In this document: piece by piece, positions 29,403 through 38,960 of the stretch | Numbering within the stretch: position 1 is the first letter of the stretch | Layout of the letters: each line of letters begins with the position of its first letter | Source: a virus | Direction: 5' to 3' (one strand) | Length of the DNA: 64,000 nt | IMG/VR virus record: IMGVR_UViG_3300031576_000026 | Coordinates: 16,292 to 80,291 of that record | The notes under the pieces: model-generated | What the model was told of the DNA's origin: nothing | The model's database searches: none | Seen by the model: the letters and a program-made list of their open reading frames with translations, nothing else | Position numbers and translations under genes: made by a program

Positions 29403-30749
29403 ATGGCTTTTTTTGATTTCCCAGAACAACTTCGCAAATTAGAAGAAGAAAAGGCTAAACAAGAGATTACACCACAGCCTTCTGTTGAATCTCAAATTCT
29501 TCCACAGGGTAGTATTCTAAGGGCTTTGACAATGGGAAGATCGGTTGGTCCTTTAGCTCCAGAAGCATTAGGATTATCTCCATTACCACCTCTAGAACCA
29601 ACAAGAACTGTGGATGAAATAGCATCAGCTGAAATCCCCCCAAAACCATCAAGGGAATTAAAAGAGCCTTCTGCTCCTATCACTCTACCAGAATTAGAAA
29701 TGGCAGAAGCTGGAATTCCAACTGAAGGAACTGTTGAGAATTTAAGAAAAGCACAGCAAGCTAGAAATCTTTTAAAATTAGGTGCTGGTCTTCAACAAGC
29801 AGTTGAATTAGCTGGAGAAGCATTAACTGGAAAAAAACCTCAATTAGAAATCTTTCAAAAACAGGCACAACAAGCTGAACAATTAGTTGAGGATTTTAAA
29901 GAAAGAGTTAAGCAAGAAAAGTTTGATCCACAAAGTGATGTGTCTAAACAACTTCGAGCATTCGCTAAAAGATTTAATATTACTATCCCAGACACTATGC
30001 CAGCTTCTACAGTAGAAACTATAATGCCTTCTATTTTAAGGGCATTCGAGGCAGAAGAATCCCGTAAACAACAGAAAGAATTACAAAAAGAAAGATTGGA
30101 AACCCAAAAAGAAATAAAAAGAGACACGGTACAAGCTAAACAAGAAGCTAATAAAGAAAAAGAAGAGATAAATAAAGAAAAAGATGACAATAGATGGGTT
30201 GAAAAAACTTCTGCGTTTTTAACAAAATCTAAACAATCCGATGCTTTATCAACAGTTAGAAAGGCTAAATCTCTAGTTGATCGTATAGATGCTAGCTCCC
30301 CAAATGCTATTAATGATATAACTGCACTTTATTCATTAATTAGAGCACTAGATCCTGGGTCTGTGGTAAGAGAAGGAGAAATAGCCTTAGCTCAAAGAGC
30401 CAGAGGACTATGGGGAACAGTAGACACTCAACTATCGCAATTAGGCAAAAATCCTCGTTTATTAAATAAAAAAGTTCTAATTGATATTAAAAATACGTTG
30501 ACTCAATTACATGATATAGGAGAAAAGGAATATAAATCCATGGTTGAGCCTTTTGCTAATCAGGCTAAAAGAAGATTTAAAGAGGGTTGGGAAGAACGGT
30601 GGATAGAAGTTGATCCTTTAAGTGCAAAAATGATAGAACAACCCAAAGAAATGAAAACTATTGTTAAAAGAGGATATAATCCAAAAACCAATCAAACTGA
30701 ATTGGTTTATTCTGATGGATCTAGAGAGCTTGTATCTGGAAGACAATAA
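29403..30749 (+). CDS. Putative internal virion/ejection protein
   Basis: Helical; ALDPGSVVREGE motif; context. Confidence 0.55.
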   Translation: MAFFDFPEQLRKLEEEKAKQEITPQPSVESQILPQGSILRALTMGRSVGPLAPEALGLSPLPPLEPTRTVDEIASAEIPPKPSRELKEPSAPITLPELEMAEAGIPTEGTVENLRKAQQARNLLKLGAGLQQAVELAGEALTGKKPQLEIFQKQAQQAEQLVEDFKERVKQEKFDPQSDVSKQLRAFAKRFNITIPDTMPASTVETIMPSILRAFEAEESRKQQKELQKERLETQKEIKRDTVQAKQEANKEKEEINKEKDDNRWVEKTSAFLTKSKQSDALSTVRKAKSLVDRIDASSPNAINDITALYSLIRALDPGSVVREGEIALAQRARGLWGTVDTQLSQLGKNPRLLNKKVLIDIKNTLTQLHDIGEKEYKSMVEPFANQAKRRFKEGWEERWIEVDPLSAKMIEQPKEMKTIVKRGYNPKTNQTELVYSDGSRELVSGRQ

Positions 30750-32731
30750 TGGCAGATAATAAAAAATTTGATTTGTCTCCGGGATTCGAGGAAATTCCAT
30801 TGGACACAGAATTATCCCCTGGATTTGAAGCAATTCCTTCTGTAAAACCACCCACAACAATCCCCCAATTATTAGAAAAAAAAGCAGCTGGGGTCACTGA
30901 GACTATTTCCGAGCAAATTCCTGGGGCTATTCAAACTGGGAAAGATATTGCTAAGGCTGTTGCTGAGGAAGCTTTACTTGGTGGTGGAGCCGAAGCTTAT
31001 GGAGCTTTAGCTGCCACAGGTGAAAAATTAAAATCTTATCTTGCCGGTCAACCAGGAAGAGATTGGTTAGAAATTTACAGACAATCTCAACAAGCTGCTG
31101 AAAAAGAATTAGAAGAAGCCAAAGAGCGAACACCAATTGGCTATCGAGTAGGTCAAGTGGCCGGTACTATCCTACCAGCTTTACTTACAGCCGGAGCTGG
31201 ATTAGGGGCTAAAGCAGCAGCCAGAGTCACACTTCCAGCATTGGAAAAAGCAATAGCAACTAAAACAATATCTTCTTTAGGAAAGGCAGCCACAACTAGC
31301 GCAGCTTTAGGAGCAACAGAGGCAACATTAAGATCTAAAGGTGAATTAGAAACTAGTCAAGGAAGACAAAAAATATTAGCCGATGCTATAGGTGGTGCTT
31401 TAATGGGAGGAGCAGTTGGCACGGCTTTTGCTGCAGCTGCCCCTAAATTGCGCGATATTTATGATTCTGCAAGACAAAGCGTTAGTTCTTACATAGCAGA
31501 TTCGCCAAAATTAAGACAATCTGTTTTAGCCTTTAAACAAGGTAAAGCTGGAACTCCAGTGACGGAAGGATTACGAGATACTATAAGAATAGGTCAACAA
31601 CAAACAAAAGATATAGCAGATGTAACTAATAGAATCTTAGATGCTGAAAGTGCTGTGGGAAGTAAAATTAGTAATACTATAAAAAGAGCAACGGATGAGG
31701 GGGTGCAAATTGGTGTAACTCCCGATATGCTTAAAGCAGCTAGAGATGCAAACAGATTCTTTAAACAAAATCCCCATTTTTTGAAAACAGATGATGCGGC
31801 TAGACTTAGAACTATGTTTCAAAAGATTCAAACTAACACAATGACTCCCCTAGAAGCCAATCAATGGAAAAAAGAGTTAGTTGAATTGGCTGGAAGAACT
31901 AATACACCAGAAATTGAATCCATTGCCAATAATTTTTATGGCGCTACCCGTAAAGCATTAACCGATCAAATTCCCGATTTAAATCCTTTATATAGTCAAT
32001 TTTATGATTTAAGAAAAGCAGTTAGTGAAACTATTGTTTCTAGAGGACTCCCAGTTGAATTGTCCGAAGTTTGGATGGGAGATATGATCAAAGGTCGTAG
32101 AAAGTTAACAGAAGGAGTTAGAGATTTATTGACATCAGCTACTACTCCAGGTGCTAAAAAACTACCCGCTGCCGGTGGATCATTTCCACAATTAATTACT
32201 AATTTAAATGAATTTGATGTTAAACATCCAGGTGTTCTAAAAGAAATAGGATTAGATTCAAAGGAATTTTTTGAGGATATTATATCTAAAGGTGATGAAT
32301 TTGCAATTGCAAAACAGAAATTAGGATTTGAGCCTCAAGCTGGGATAGGCAGAGAATTAAAAGCTATTCCTATTGGTGGGGCTACCACTGGTAAGGGAAG
32401 ATTGTTAAGCGTGGCTACTGTGGCGGGACAGGGAGTAAGAGCTATAAAACCTGTTGCTGGAAAAGTGGCTAATTTGAGTAGAAAACTTTATGATGCTCCA
32501 GCTCAACAACTTGGGGAATTATCCAAAGATTTATATGAATCTGGTGTTCCTGGTTTAGTTTCTTTAGGTAAGGCATTAGAAAAAGGATTAGCAGATAAAA
32601 ATACTGCAGCCAAGAATGCTGCATTATTTGCTATCCTACAAAATCCAAAATCTAGATTATTTATTTCTGGTGAAGAGGTAGAAGAAGAAACTCCAATAGA
32701 AAACGGGGAGGTTCCATCTTATGGACAATAA
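30749..32731 (+). CDS. Putative large ejection protein
   Basis: A/G-rich hydrophobic helices, LSPGFExIP N-terminal duplication, last in ejection block. Confidence 0.55.
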   Translation: MADNKKFDLSPGFEEIPLDTELSPGFEAIPSVKPPTTIPQLLEKKAAGVTETISEQIPGAIQTGKDIAKAVAEEALLGGGAEAYGALAATGEKLKSYLAGQPGRDWLEIYRQSQQAAEKELEEAKERTPIGYRVGQVAGTILPALLTAGAGLGAKAAARVTLPALEKAIATKTISSLGKAATTSAALGATEATLRSKGELETSQGRQKILADAIGGALMGGAVGTAFAAAAPKLRDIYDSARQSVSSYIADSPKLRQSVLAFKQGKAGTPVTEGLRDTIRIGQQQTKDIADVTNRILDAESAVGSKISNTIKRATDEGVQIGVTPDMLKAARDANRFFKQNPHFLKTDDAARLRTMFQKIQTNTMTPLEANQWKKELVELAGRTNTPEIESIANNFYGATRKALTDQIPDLNPLYSQFYDLRKAVSETIVSRGLPVELSEVWMGDMIKGRRKLTEGVRDLLTSATTPGAKKLPAAGGSFPQLITNLNEFDVKHPGVLKEIGLDSKEFFEDIISKGDEFAIAKQKLGFEPQAGIGRELKAIPIGGATTGKGRLLSVATVAGQGVRAIKPVAGKVANLSRKLYDAPAQQLGELSKDLYESGVPGLVSLGKALEKGLADKNTAAKNAALFAILQNPKSRLFISGEEVEEETPIENGEVPSYGQ

Positions 32732-32987
32732 TTGGGGAGAACAATTCGATAAGTTAGATATGCGTTTAGATTCCATAGATAAAACTCTTTGTAGGCAAGA
32801 GATTAGTCTTTCTGAACATCAAAGAAGAACCGAATTATTAGAAAAACAAAACGAGAAATGTTTTGAGGAATTAAAACCAATTCAAAGGCATATCTCCATG
32901 ATGGATGGAGCTATTAGATTCTTAGGACTTAGTAGCGTTGGTTTATCTTTGATTGCTGGATTATTAAAATTATTTGGGGTTTTATAA
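32721..32987 (+). CDS. Coiled-coil plus C-terminal TM protein (holin/XhlA-like)
   Basis: LDxRLDxIDK coiled coil and hydrophobic C-terminus. Confidence 0.45.
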   Translation: MDNNWGEQFDKLDMRLDSIDKTLCRQEISLSEHQRRTELLEKQNEKCFEELKPIQRHISMMDGAIRFLGLSSVGLSLIAGLLKLFGVL

Positions 32988-33410
32988 TTTTTTATCGAAC
33001 TTTTTAATAAGGCCCTCTTCCCCATTAAATACTAATTCATCCTGTCTAGTATCCTCAAAATGAACCTGTTTACCACAAGCCTTTGCTCTAGTTAATATAT
33101 CTCTGTTTCTAGCATTATTCCTAGAATAGATTTCTCTTCTTTGTTGTTTTGTTTTATGTATTTTTTTGCCAGGATGATTAAAATTAGCATGGGTATACTC
33201 TTCGGTAAACCGTGCTAGCCAATCTTTTTCTTCATCAGTCAACTTATCTAAATAATCATAATCTAATTCTTCATATCTAGTTTTCAGATTATAATGTGGT
33301 TTTAAAGCAGAGAATTTATCCTGATTCCTTCTATTAATTTTTGCTCTATGTTTTTTCTTATTATTCTTTACTTTCTTGTTTTTTCTGGTAATTTTTACTG
33401 CCTTTTTCAT
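32982..33410 (-). CDS. Hypothetical basic protein
   Basis: 142 aa ORF, last gene of the - arm. Confidence 0.6.
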   Translation of the reverse strand: MKKAVKITRKNKKVKNNKKKHRAKINRRNQDKFSALKPHYNLKTRYEELDYDYLDKLTDEEKDWLARFTEEYTHANFNHPGKKIHKTKQQRREIYSRNNARNRDILTRAKACGKQVHFEDTRQDELVFNGEEGLIKKFDKKL

Positions 33411-34098
33411 AGCGTGCTTCTCTTAGTTGTTGAATCTCAGTTGTTGTTATATGTTGTGTGATATTCTTAGACACTCTAAAAAACATTACACGACTAACCG
33501 ATTTTCGTTTGTAATCAAAATATAGTTTACAGAAATTAAAAAATTGTATTTCTCCTAATGGATTGTTCTTTCGTATCTTATAAGACCACATATCGTAGAT
33601 ATAATATAATCCATATGAAGGAATCCAATAATTTCCACTAGTTATATTATAATATTTCAAAAAATTCTCAAAATGTTGCTTATATCTAGGGGATTTAGTC
33701 TTATCCATAGAAGATTGCTGAATTAGTTTTAATGCCTCCTCTTTTAGCTTAAAAGCCTTTATATTGAGTCGGTAGTATTGGACTGGACCCTTCTGGTGGA
33801 CTAGGAGGTACTGGCTCAACTCACGCGAAAATTGACGACTTAGGAGGGGATTAGGGGACCATTTGGAGTATAGATTATAGACCAATCGTCTAGTTATTAG
33901 ATTTTTGCCTGGTTTAATGTTATAAATAGAAAGAAAGGGAATAATATCGTTATTAGTTAATGCATAAGCTTGTAATGCATCAGGGGCAGTTTGTAGAAGT
34001 TCTATTAATTGTTCATTAGATAGGCTATTTGGTAGTGATTTCTTTAACGGCATAGATGGCGAATCCAGTTGCAATAATACCCAATGTAAACCAACCAA
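33361..34098 (-). CDS. Putative DNA-binding protein with two related domains (winged-helix-like)
   Basis: Repeated FLxxYNIxxG...YxxWS...PL...QF pattern; real start probably MPLKKS. Confidence 0.4.
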   Translation of the reverse strand: MVGLHWVLLQLDSPSMPLKKSLPNSLSNEQLIELLQTAPDALQAYALTNNDIIPFLSIYNIKPGKNLITRRLVYNLYSKWSPNPLLSRQFSRELSQYLLVHQKGPVQYYRLNIKAFKLKEEALKLIQQSSMDKTKSPRYKQHFENFLKYYNITSGNYWIPSYGLYYIYDMWSYKIRKNNPLGEIQFFNFCKLYFDYKRKSVSRVMFFRVSKNITQHITTTEIQQLREARYEKGSKNYQKKQESKE

Positions 34099-34426
34099 CT
34101 CGTTCCCAATTGGTCATTGTGCGTTCATCGTAAAGTGATTTAGCGAGTTTTTCGTTTTGTCCAATTAATAAATTAACCTTATTATCCTGAGAATTTATAA
34201 TATTCTCTTGTAATTTGAGGCTATTCTGAAAAGAATCATTAAGTAATTTATATCCATCTCTTTCTTGGGCTAATACTTTAATATTATTGGCATGTTGTTG
34301 TGTAATAACAAACCCATCTATTGGAGATGGATCATTCTTTTTAATAGGTACTACTTCATCAGCCAGTACCCAATTATTAGATATTGAACTAGTTAAGAAT
34401 AGTATTAAGATCTTCCGCAGTAGCAT
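34025..34426 (-). CDS. Signal peptide + coiled coil + C-terminal TM (spanin-like/lysis-associated)
   Basis: Hydrophobic N- and C-termini; cluster of membrane genes. Confidence 0.4.
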   Translation of the reverse strand: MLLRKILILFLTSSISNNWVLADEVVPIKKNDPSPIDGFVITQQHANNIKVLAQERDGYKLLNDSFQNSLKLQENIINSQDNKVNLLIGQNEKLAKSLYDERTMTNWERVGWFTLGIIATGFAIYAVKEITTK

Positions 34427-34640
34427 CTTTGCCTTTCTTTTTCATCTCTTCCTCTATTTGTTTTCTCTTAGCTTCTTCTGCTTGAAGTAGTCCACTATCT
34501 CTTGCAATCGCTTTATCTTGTTCGTTAAGTTTTTTATTGGTCTCATTATTTTCCAATAAAGCTTCGGCTGAACGTCTCTTAACAAAATTATATCCAAGAA
34601 GTCCTAACAAAATACCAATAACACTTAATATTAATTCCAT
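34389..34640 (-). CDS. N-terminal TM + coiled coil (i-spanin-like)
   Basis: MELILSVIGILLGLLGY then charged helix. Confidence 0.4.
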   Translation of the reverse strand: MELILSVIGILLGLLGYNFVKRRSAEALLENNETNKKLNEQDKAIARDSGLLQAEEAKRKQIEEEMKKKGKDATAEDLNTILN

Positions 34641-34825
34641 AAATTTGTTCCAAATAAATAAATCAAACCAGTTGCCACGATTAGACTAAACAAACTAAAA
34701 AGAATACCAGAGACAACCATACCTAAAAACAAAGCAACTCCGAACTTAAATGATTGCACAAAATTCATATTAACATTGACCAATTCTCGTTCTTCTGGTA
34801 ATGTTACTGCATTTCTCATACTCAT
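34631..34825 (-). CDS. Small membrane protein
   Basis: Long hydrophobic C-terminal half. Confidence 0.55.
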   Translation of the reverse strand: MSMRNAVTLPEERELVNVNMNFVQSFKFGVALFLGMVVSGILFSLFSLIVATGLIYLFGTNLWN

Positions 34826-35121
34826 TCATTCTCCTTTTTAGGTTCACTTAATGAATCTTTATTAGATTCCTTGAGTGTATCTGTGTTAATTAAACTTCCC
34901 ATAGTTTTTGATTTCTTATTAGTAGTGAATTTTCTACCCCAATATAAACTAGCCGAGAGACCAAAGTATTCAACCGCTAGGCTTGTATCTTTTGTTAGAC
35001 CACCCAAATATAAACCTCCGGCAATGAGCAGAAATAATACCGACAATACAAAATTGGTTAAACTAACACTGGCTTCTCTACTTTTCGGATCAACTACCCA
35101 TGGTAAATTAAGTCTTGGCAT
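34822..35121 (-). CDS. Two-TM holin-like protein
   Basis: Two hydrophobic segments, charged C-terminal tail. Confidence 0.5.
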   Translation of the reverse strand: MPRLNLPWVVDPKSREASVSLTNFVLSVLFLLIAGGLYLGGLTKDTSLAVEYFGLSASLYWGRKFTTNKKSKTMGSLINTDTLKESNKDSLSEPKKENE

Positions 35122-35123
35122 AT

Positions 35124-35501
35124 CTAAATACCTCTTTTCTTTCTTTTCTTCCTATAAAATTTTCTCATACTATTTTCCAATTCTGTTTTATTCGAATGAC
35201 ATTGCTGACATAAAATCTGCAGCCCACTAACATCAACAAACAATCTTTTAATATATTCATCCCAATTTGTAAAATAGCCAGACATTGGAATCACTGCTTC
35301 AATATGATCAACATGAACTTGATTAGCTTTAAATTTTCCTTTACATGTAGAACATTGATAAATTCCACGTTCTATTCTACTTTTCCTCAATGCTTCGGTT
35401 CTAGCTGGCCACTGAAGTGATATTCTTCTTAATTTAATTCTAAGCCAAGATTCTATTTTAGGAAGTTTAAACTCCTTCTTTATTTTTCCATCTTTTTCCA
35501 T
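35124..35501 (-). CDS. HNH endonuclease
   Basis: CxxC...VHVDHI...LQILCxxCHxxKT. Confidence 0.85.
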   Translation of the reverse strand: MEKDGKIKKEFKLPKIESWLRIKLRRISLQWPARTEALRKSRIERGIYQCSTCKGKFKANQVHVDHIEAVIPMSGYFTNWDEYIKRLFVDVSGLQILCQQCHSNKTELENSMRKFYRKKRKKRGI

Positions 35502-35815
35502 GTTCCGTCAAGTTGTAGTATTTTAACCTTTGTTCTATTATTGCAAACATTGCATTCTCTAAATCTTCTGTTTAAGATGAGCTTTAATTCTAGAACTCCA
35601 CGTTCACACTCAAAGCAAACCTTTTCAGGTTCTTTTTTTACTTTTGGATCTTTTATTTCATCAATAGGTTCTGAATCTAGATAATGCCTATATCCTTTAG
35701 TAATTCTCTTTAACCTTTTATGTAGATGCCTATTCTCCGATTTAAGTCTTCTTACTTGCTCTTCCAAACGTTCTTGATCATTGGCTTTACGCTCAAAATG
35801 AGTTCTTCTTGGCAT
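35480..35815 (-). CDS. Coiled-coil plus zinc-ribbon protein
   Basis: CFEC...CNVC. Confidence 0.6.
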   Translation of the reverse strand: MPRRTHFERKANDQERLEEQVRRLKSENRHLHKRLKRITKGYRHYLDSEPIDEIKDPKVKKEPEKVCFECERGVLELKLILNRRFRECNVCNNRTKVKILQLDGTWKKMEK

Positions 35816-35819
35816 TTAT

Positions 35820-36167
35820 TCATACTTCTCGATTAATAGATCTATCTTCACTAAACCCATCCGGATATCTTTTGCGAAGTTTTTCTACATTAGCTTTCTT
35901 AATGTCATCCTCCTCAAATCCAAACATTTCGGAAAGAACTTCAAGATACCAGTAGCAATCTCCCATTTCACCCATCAATTGTTCTTTCATTTTATCATTA
36001 ACATCATGGCCGTGAAACATAATTTTTTTAATCACGTTTGCCAGTTCCCCTGCTTCGCCTGTTAATCCTAGAGTTGCGTTTACTACTATTTCGTCTGGGT
36101 TTAGTTTTTGATTTAGAGTTCTTAGAACTTCGTCTCGGTAATTCATCATGTCCTTTCCATAGGTCAT
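35820..36167 (-). CDS. mazG: MazG-like nucleotide pyrophosphohydrolase
   Basis: LGLTGEAGEL..IKK...EMGDCYWY...NVEKLRKRYPDGFS. Confidence 0.9.
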   Translation of the reverse strand: MTYGKDMMNYRDEVLRTLNQKLNPDEIVVNATLGLTGEAGELANVIKKIMFHGHDVNDKMKEQLMGEMGDCYWYLEVLSEMFGFEEDDIKKANVEKLRKRYPDGFSEDRSINREV

Positions 36168-36459
36168 CTTTCCCTATATTATTTTTTTCAAACTCCAGTA
36201 AAAAAAGCAAATTACATGCCGCATGCGCTAAGTGTGTTAAACCAGATTCCTTATCTATTCTGGTCATCCCACTAGAATTATATTTATAGAGGTGCCTAAA
36301 TGTTGCATCTAAAATGCGACTCCAATCAAATCCTTCTCTCCAATTTTGCGCTGTATATTTACTTTCACCGTAGGTTAGAACTTCGGCTACTAATAATAAT
36401 GCATCAGAAGGTAGAAGAGAACATCTGGGTTTTCCCTTATCAAACTTTACCCCACCCAT
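36028..36459 (-). CDS. dATP/dGTP diphosphohydrolase-like protein (DUF5664 type)
   Basis: KFDKGKPR.SLLP...VLTYG..KY...NW..G...RH...DKESGLTHLAHAACNLLFL. Confidence 0.85.
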   Translation of the reverse strand: MGGVKFDKGKPRCSLLPSDALLLVAEVLTYGESKYTAQNWREGFDWSRILDATFRHLYKYNSSGMTRIDKESGLTHLAHAACNLLFLLEFEKNNIGKDDLWKGHDELPRRSSKNSKSKTKPRRNSSKRNSRINRRSRGTGKRD

Positions 36460-36472
36460 ATTTCACACGATA

Positions 36473-36721
36473 TTAAGCTGCTGTTGGTTCTGCACTTTCT
36501 TCACTAACCGAAACTACTTCAGATTCTGTGTTTTCTTCTTTTACCGGAACGTCTGGGGTGGTTTGTGCATTAAGAGCCCTAACAGCAGAAAACTTCTGTA
36601 ACAGTGGATAAACTTCTTTAGCTGGCCTATTCCCAAGATATGCTAAAATCTCATTCAATAAACCTTCCTCCATTACAAATTGTTGGCTTGGTTTTGTTTC
36701 TTGTGTATTAGTTGTTGACAT
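36473..36721 (-). CDS. Hypothetical protein
   Basis: AGGAG RBS; ILAYLGNRPAKEV motif. Confidence 0.65.
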   Translation of the reverse strand: MSTTNTQETKPSQQFVMEEGLLNEILAYLGNRPAKEVYPLLQKFSAVRALNAQTTPDVPVKEENTESEVVSVSEESAEPTAA

Positions 36722-36936
36722 TTTTTACTCCTATTTTAAGTTTAAGGTTGAAGCAGAAACATATGTACTATTATTCAAACTATTAAATAATCCTGATGTA
36801 GAAAGATTTGTAGTACTATCGGTAGTATATGTTGCGTATACTGGTTGCTGACTACCCAGTGAGTTAATGGAAATAGATTTGGGCTTATTATACTCTTTTG
36901 AAGGAGAGGAAACTCGCTCCTCGTTAACTCTCCCTC

Positions 36937-37137
36937 TTAAAAAGGACGAACTGCAACTTCTACTTGATCTAGTCGATTTAGAAAATTCTCTGGGATTTCT
37001 CTTCCAGCGATTAACATAGCCGTCTTCTCATCGTTTGTTAAAATTGTCTTTGGACCCACTAAAATTTTAGCAGATTCACTTTGTTTCTTTACATCGGTTT
37101 TTGGATTAAAAAAAACAACATATTCATATAGTCTCAT
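36937..37137 (-). CDS. Small protein ending VRPF; candidate -1 frameshift extension to 36731
   Basis: AAGGA RBS before MRLYEY; ends CGT CCT TTT TAA; -1 frame open 69 codons. Confidence 0.7.
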   Translation of the reverse strand: MRLYEYVVFFNPKTDVKKQSESAKILVGPKTILTNDEKTAMLIAGREIPENFLNRLDQVEVAVRPF

Positions 37138-37191
37138 TATTTTCCTTTCCAACTATCCGGAATTTCCAGATAGTTCCAATTTATAGACATA

Positions 37192-37220
37192 ATTATATCA
37201 AACTTGATAAATTTTGTCAA
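37192..37220 (-). promoter_or_regulatory. Consensus sigma70 promoter
   Basis: TTGACA-17 bp-TATAAT with TG extension; leader hairpin AACTATCTGGA/TCCGGATAGTT at 37151-37175. Confidence 0.85.
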
Positions 37221-37969
37221 TCTATTTTATAAAGTTTTCCAGAAACAACACAAGTTCCATTAACGATAGGAACGGGTTGAAGATAAACACAGCCCGTTTT
37301 AGAATCTAGAAATCCAATTCCAAAACCAAGACTCCAGTCTCGTAAAGCTTTGATTCTGTGCATATAATCAATTTCATTAATATCACCAAGCCAACCGAAG
37401 CTTGCTCCAACGTGTGTATCACCATGGGCACTTCCTTGGACTACATAAGATGTTCGGTGTATATGTCCTATGACAATATTCTTTTGGAATGTATCTAATG
37501 CTTTATAAACAGCATATTGACCAGCATTGCCAGTGTCATGAGTTATATAAAGTTTACCCAATTTATAATGTTTCTTGTAAGGTACATATTTAAAGCCAAA
37601 TTTCTCAAGTTCTAGAATTTTTTCAGTTGATATGAAATTAAACAACTCTGGAGCATGATCCTGTAAGTATCGTTCCAATCTATCGCAATGATTACCTGAG
37701 ATAAAGACTTTATTCTTAGCTCCAAGATCACTTAATTGCTTCAATAGCTTCTTGGCCTCTTCAACTTCATAATCCAACTTTAACGCTCTGTTTGGATCTT
37801 TGCTATGGGAACTAACTGAGAAATTATCAATAAAATCTCCCATGATTATGACATGATCTGGCTTAAAATCCTTCATGACTTTTAGCATTAAATTAAATGC
37901 TTTTTTATCATGATATGGTATGTGTGCATCAGAGACAAAAAGAATTTTTTCTAGTTTATGATTTTTCAT
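37217..37969 (-). CDS. Calcineurin-like metallophosphoesterase
   Basis: SDAH, GDFID, GNH, GHIHR motifs. Confidence 0.9.
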   Translation of the reverse strand: MKNHKLEKILFVSDAHIPYHDKKAFNLMLKVMKDFKPDHVIIMGDFIDNFSVSSHSKDPNRALKLDYEVEEAKKLLKQLSDLGAKNKVFISGNHCDRLERYLQDHAPELFNFISTEKILELEKFGFKYVPYKKHYKLGKLYITHDTGNAGQYAVYKALDTFQKNIVIGHIHRTSYVVQGSAHGDTHVGASFGWLGDINEIDYMHRIKALRDWSLGFGIGFLDSKTGCVYLQPVPIVNGTCVVSGKLYKID

Positions 37970-38423
37970 AATTAATACCTGCTACTTTGTAGATGATTTG
38001 TTTTTCCTTGTTTTTATTTTTCCTGGTAATACCAGAAAGAGAACAATTTATGGAATTTGTAACCCATTCCATATTATCTAAAGTATATCCTTCTTTAGGA
38101 TTAATTCTATTAATAGATGGAGTTAATTTAATATCATAGTTATTTATAACCCAGTGCTTATATAATCTAAGAAAATCCTCATTTGTTTTAGACCATGTAT
38201 AAAAATCTTCTTTTTTTAATAAAGATTTACCCTTATATAGATGTGGGCTCCTGGTTGCTTTACCTTTGGTTCTTCTTTTCATGCCTCTATAACATATCAT
38301 TATAAACCCATTTATTGTTTTTTTATATATTTTTCGTCTGATATACTCACAATCAGAACAATAATTTGCAAGATTTACAACACAAGGATGCATCCGATGT
38401 TTACAATTTATACATTCTTTCAT
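37956..38423 (-). CDS. HNH-type (homing) endonuclease-like protein
   Basis: MKRR...FYTWS...PSINRINPKEGYTLDNMEWVT..IN. Confidence 0.65.
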   Translation of the reverse strand: MKECINCKHRMHPCVVNLANYCSDCEYIRRKIYKKTINGFIMICYRGMKRRTKGKATRSPHLYKGKSLLKKEDFYTWSKTNEDFLRLYKHWVINNYDIKLTPSINRINPKEGYTLDNMEWVTNSINCSLSGITRKNKNKEKQIIYKVAGINYEKS

Positions 38424-38749
38424 TTAAATAAATTTCTATGTTTTAAAATATAATAAAATCCTGCCTCGCTAGACAAAATTTGTCTTTCTGTTAATCCCAT
38501 TGAATATTCATTAGAAAAAGCATGCATACATTCATGTAGAAATGTTGTAACTGTTTCTTTATCAGACATATCTAATCTCAATAATATTTGTCTATTTTGA
38601 AAATCGGTTTCTCCAAATCTATCATTAGGATAAAACTCTCTAACCCAAACAACTTTATAGAAAACACTAGAAGCTATTTGTACTCGTGATGGAATCTTAT
38701 TTCTTAATTTCCTCCAGTTCACTTTCACTAATATTCCCTCTATTTTCAA
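38420..38749 (-). CDS. HExxH metallopeptidase-like protein
   Basis: FGET...TFLHECMHA. Confidence 0.7.
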   Translation of the reverse strand: MKIEGILVKVNWRKLRNKIPSRVQIASSVFYKVVWVREFYPNDRFGETDFQNRQILLRLDMSDKETVTTFLHECMHAFSNEYSMGLTERQILSSEAGFYYILKHRNLFK

Positions 38750-38960
38750 TAATTCTTTTGTATTTTTCTAAATGAATTTCTAGTATTGATTGATTATTAA
38801 TTATGCATTTATAAACGTCTTTTACCGGCACATACTTAAAATAACCAATCAACGCTTTTTTATTGGCATTGAATACATCTAAAATCTTTTCTAGATCTCT
38901 AACAATTATTTTAGCTTTCTTATAATTTTTTAGGTCAAAAATCATCATCATCCACATCAA
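38697..38960 (-). CDS. Hypothetical protein
   Basis: ORF in operon. Confidence 0.5.
   Translation of the reverse strand: MMWMMMIFDLKNYKKAKIIVRDLEKILDVFNANKKALIGYFKYVPVKDVYKCIINNQSILEIHLEKYKRIIENRGNISESELEEIKK

Noticed and set aside
10546-32731. Contractile or long tail, or tailocin/eCIS
   Set aside because: No sheath, tube, tape-measure or baseplate motifs recognised; order fits adaptor-nozzle-ejection proteins
35820-36459. 2-aminoadenine (Z-genome) pathway
   Set aside because: No PurZ or DatZ recognisable in the window
36900-36936. Intrinsic terminator after the VRPF gene
   Set aside because: No U-tract after the stem on either strand, and downstream genes continue the operon
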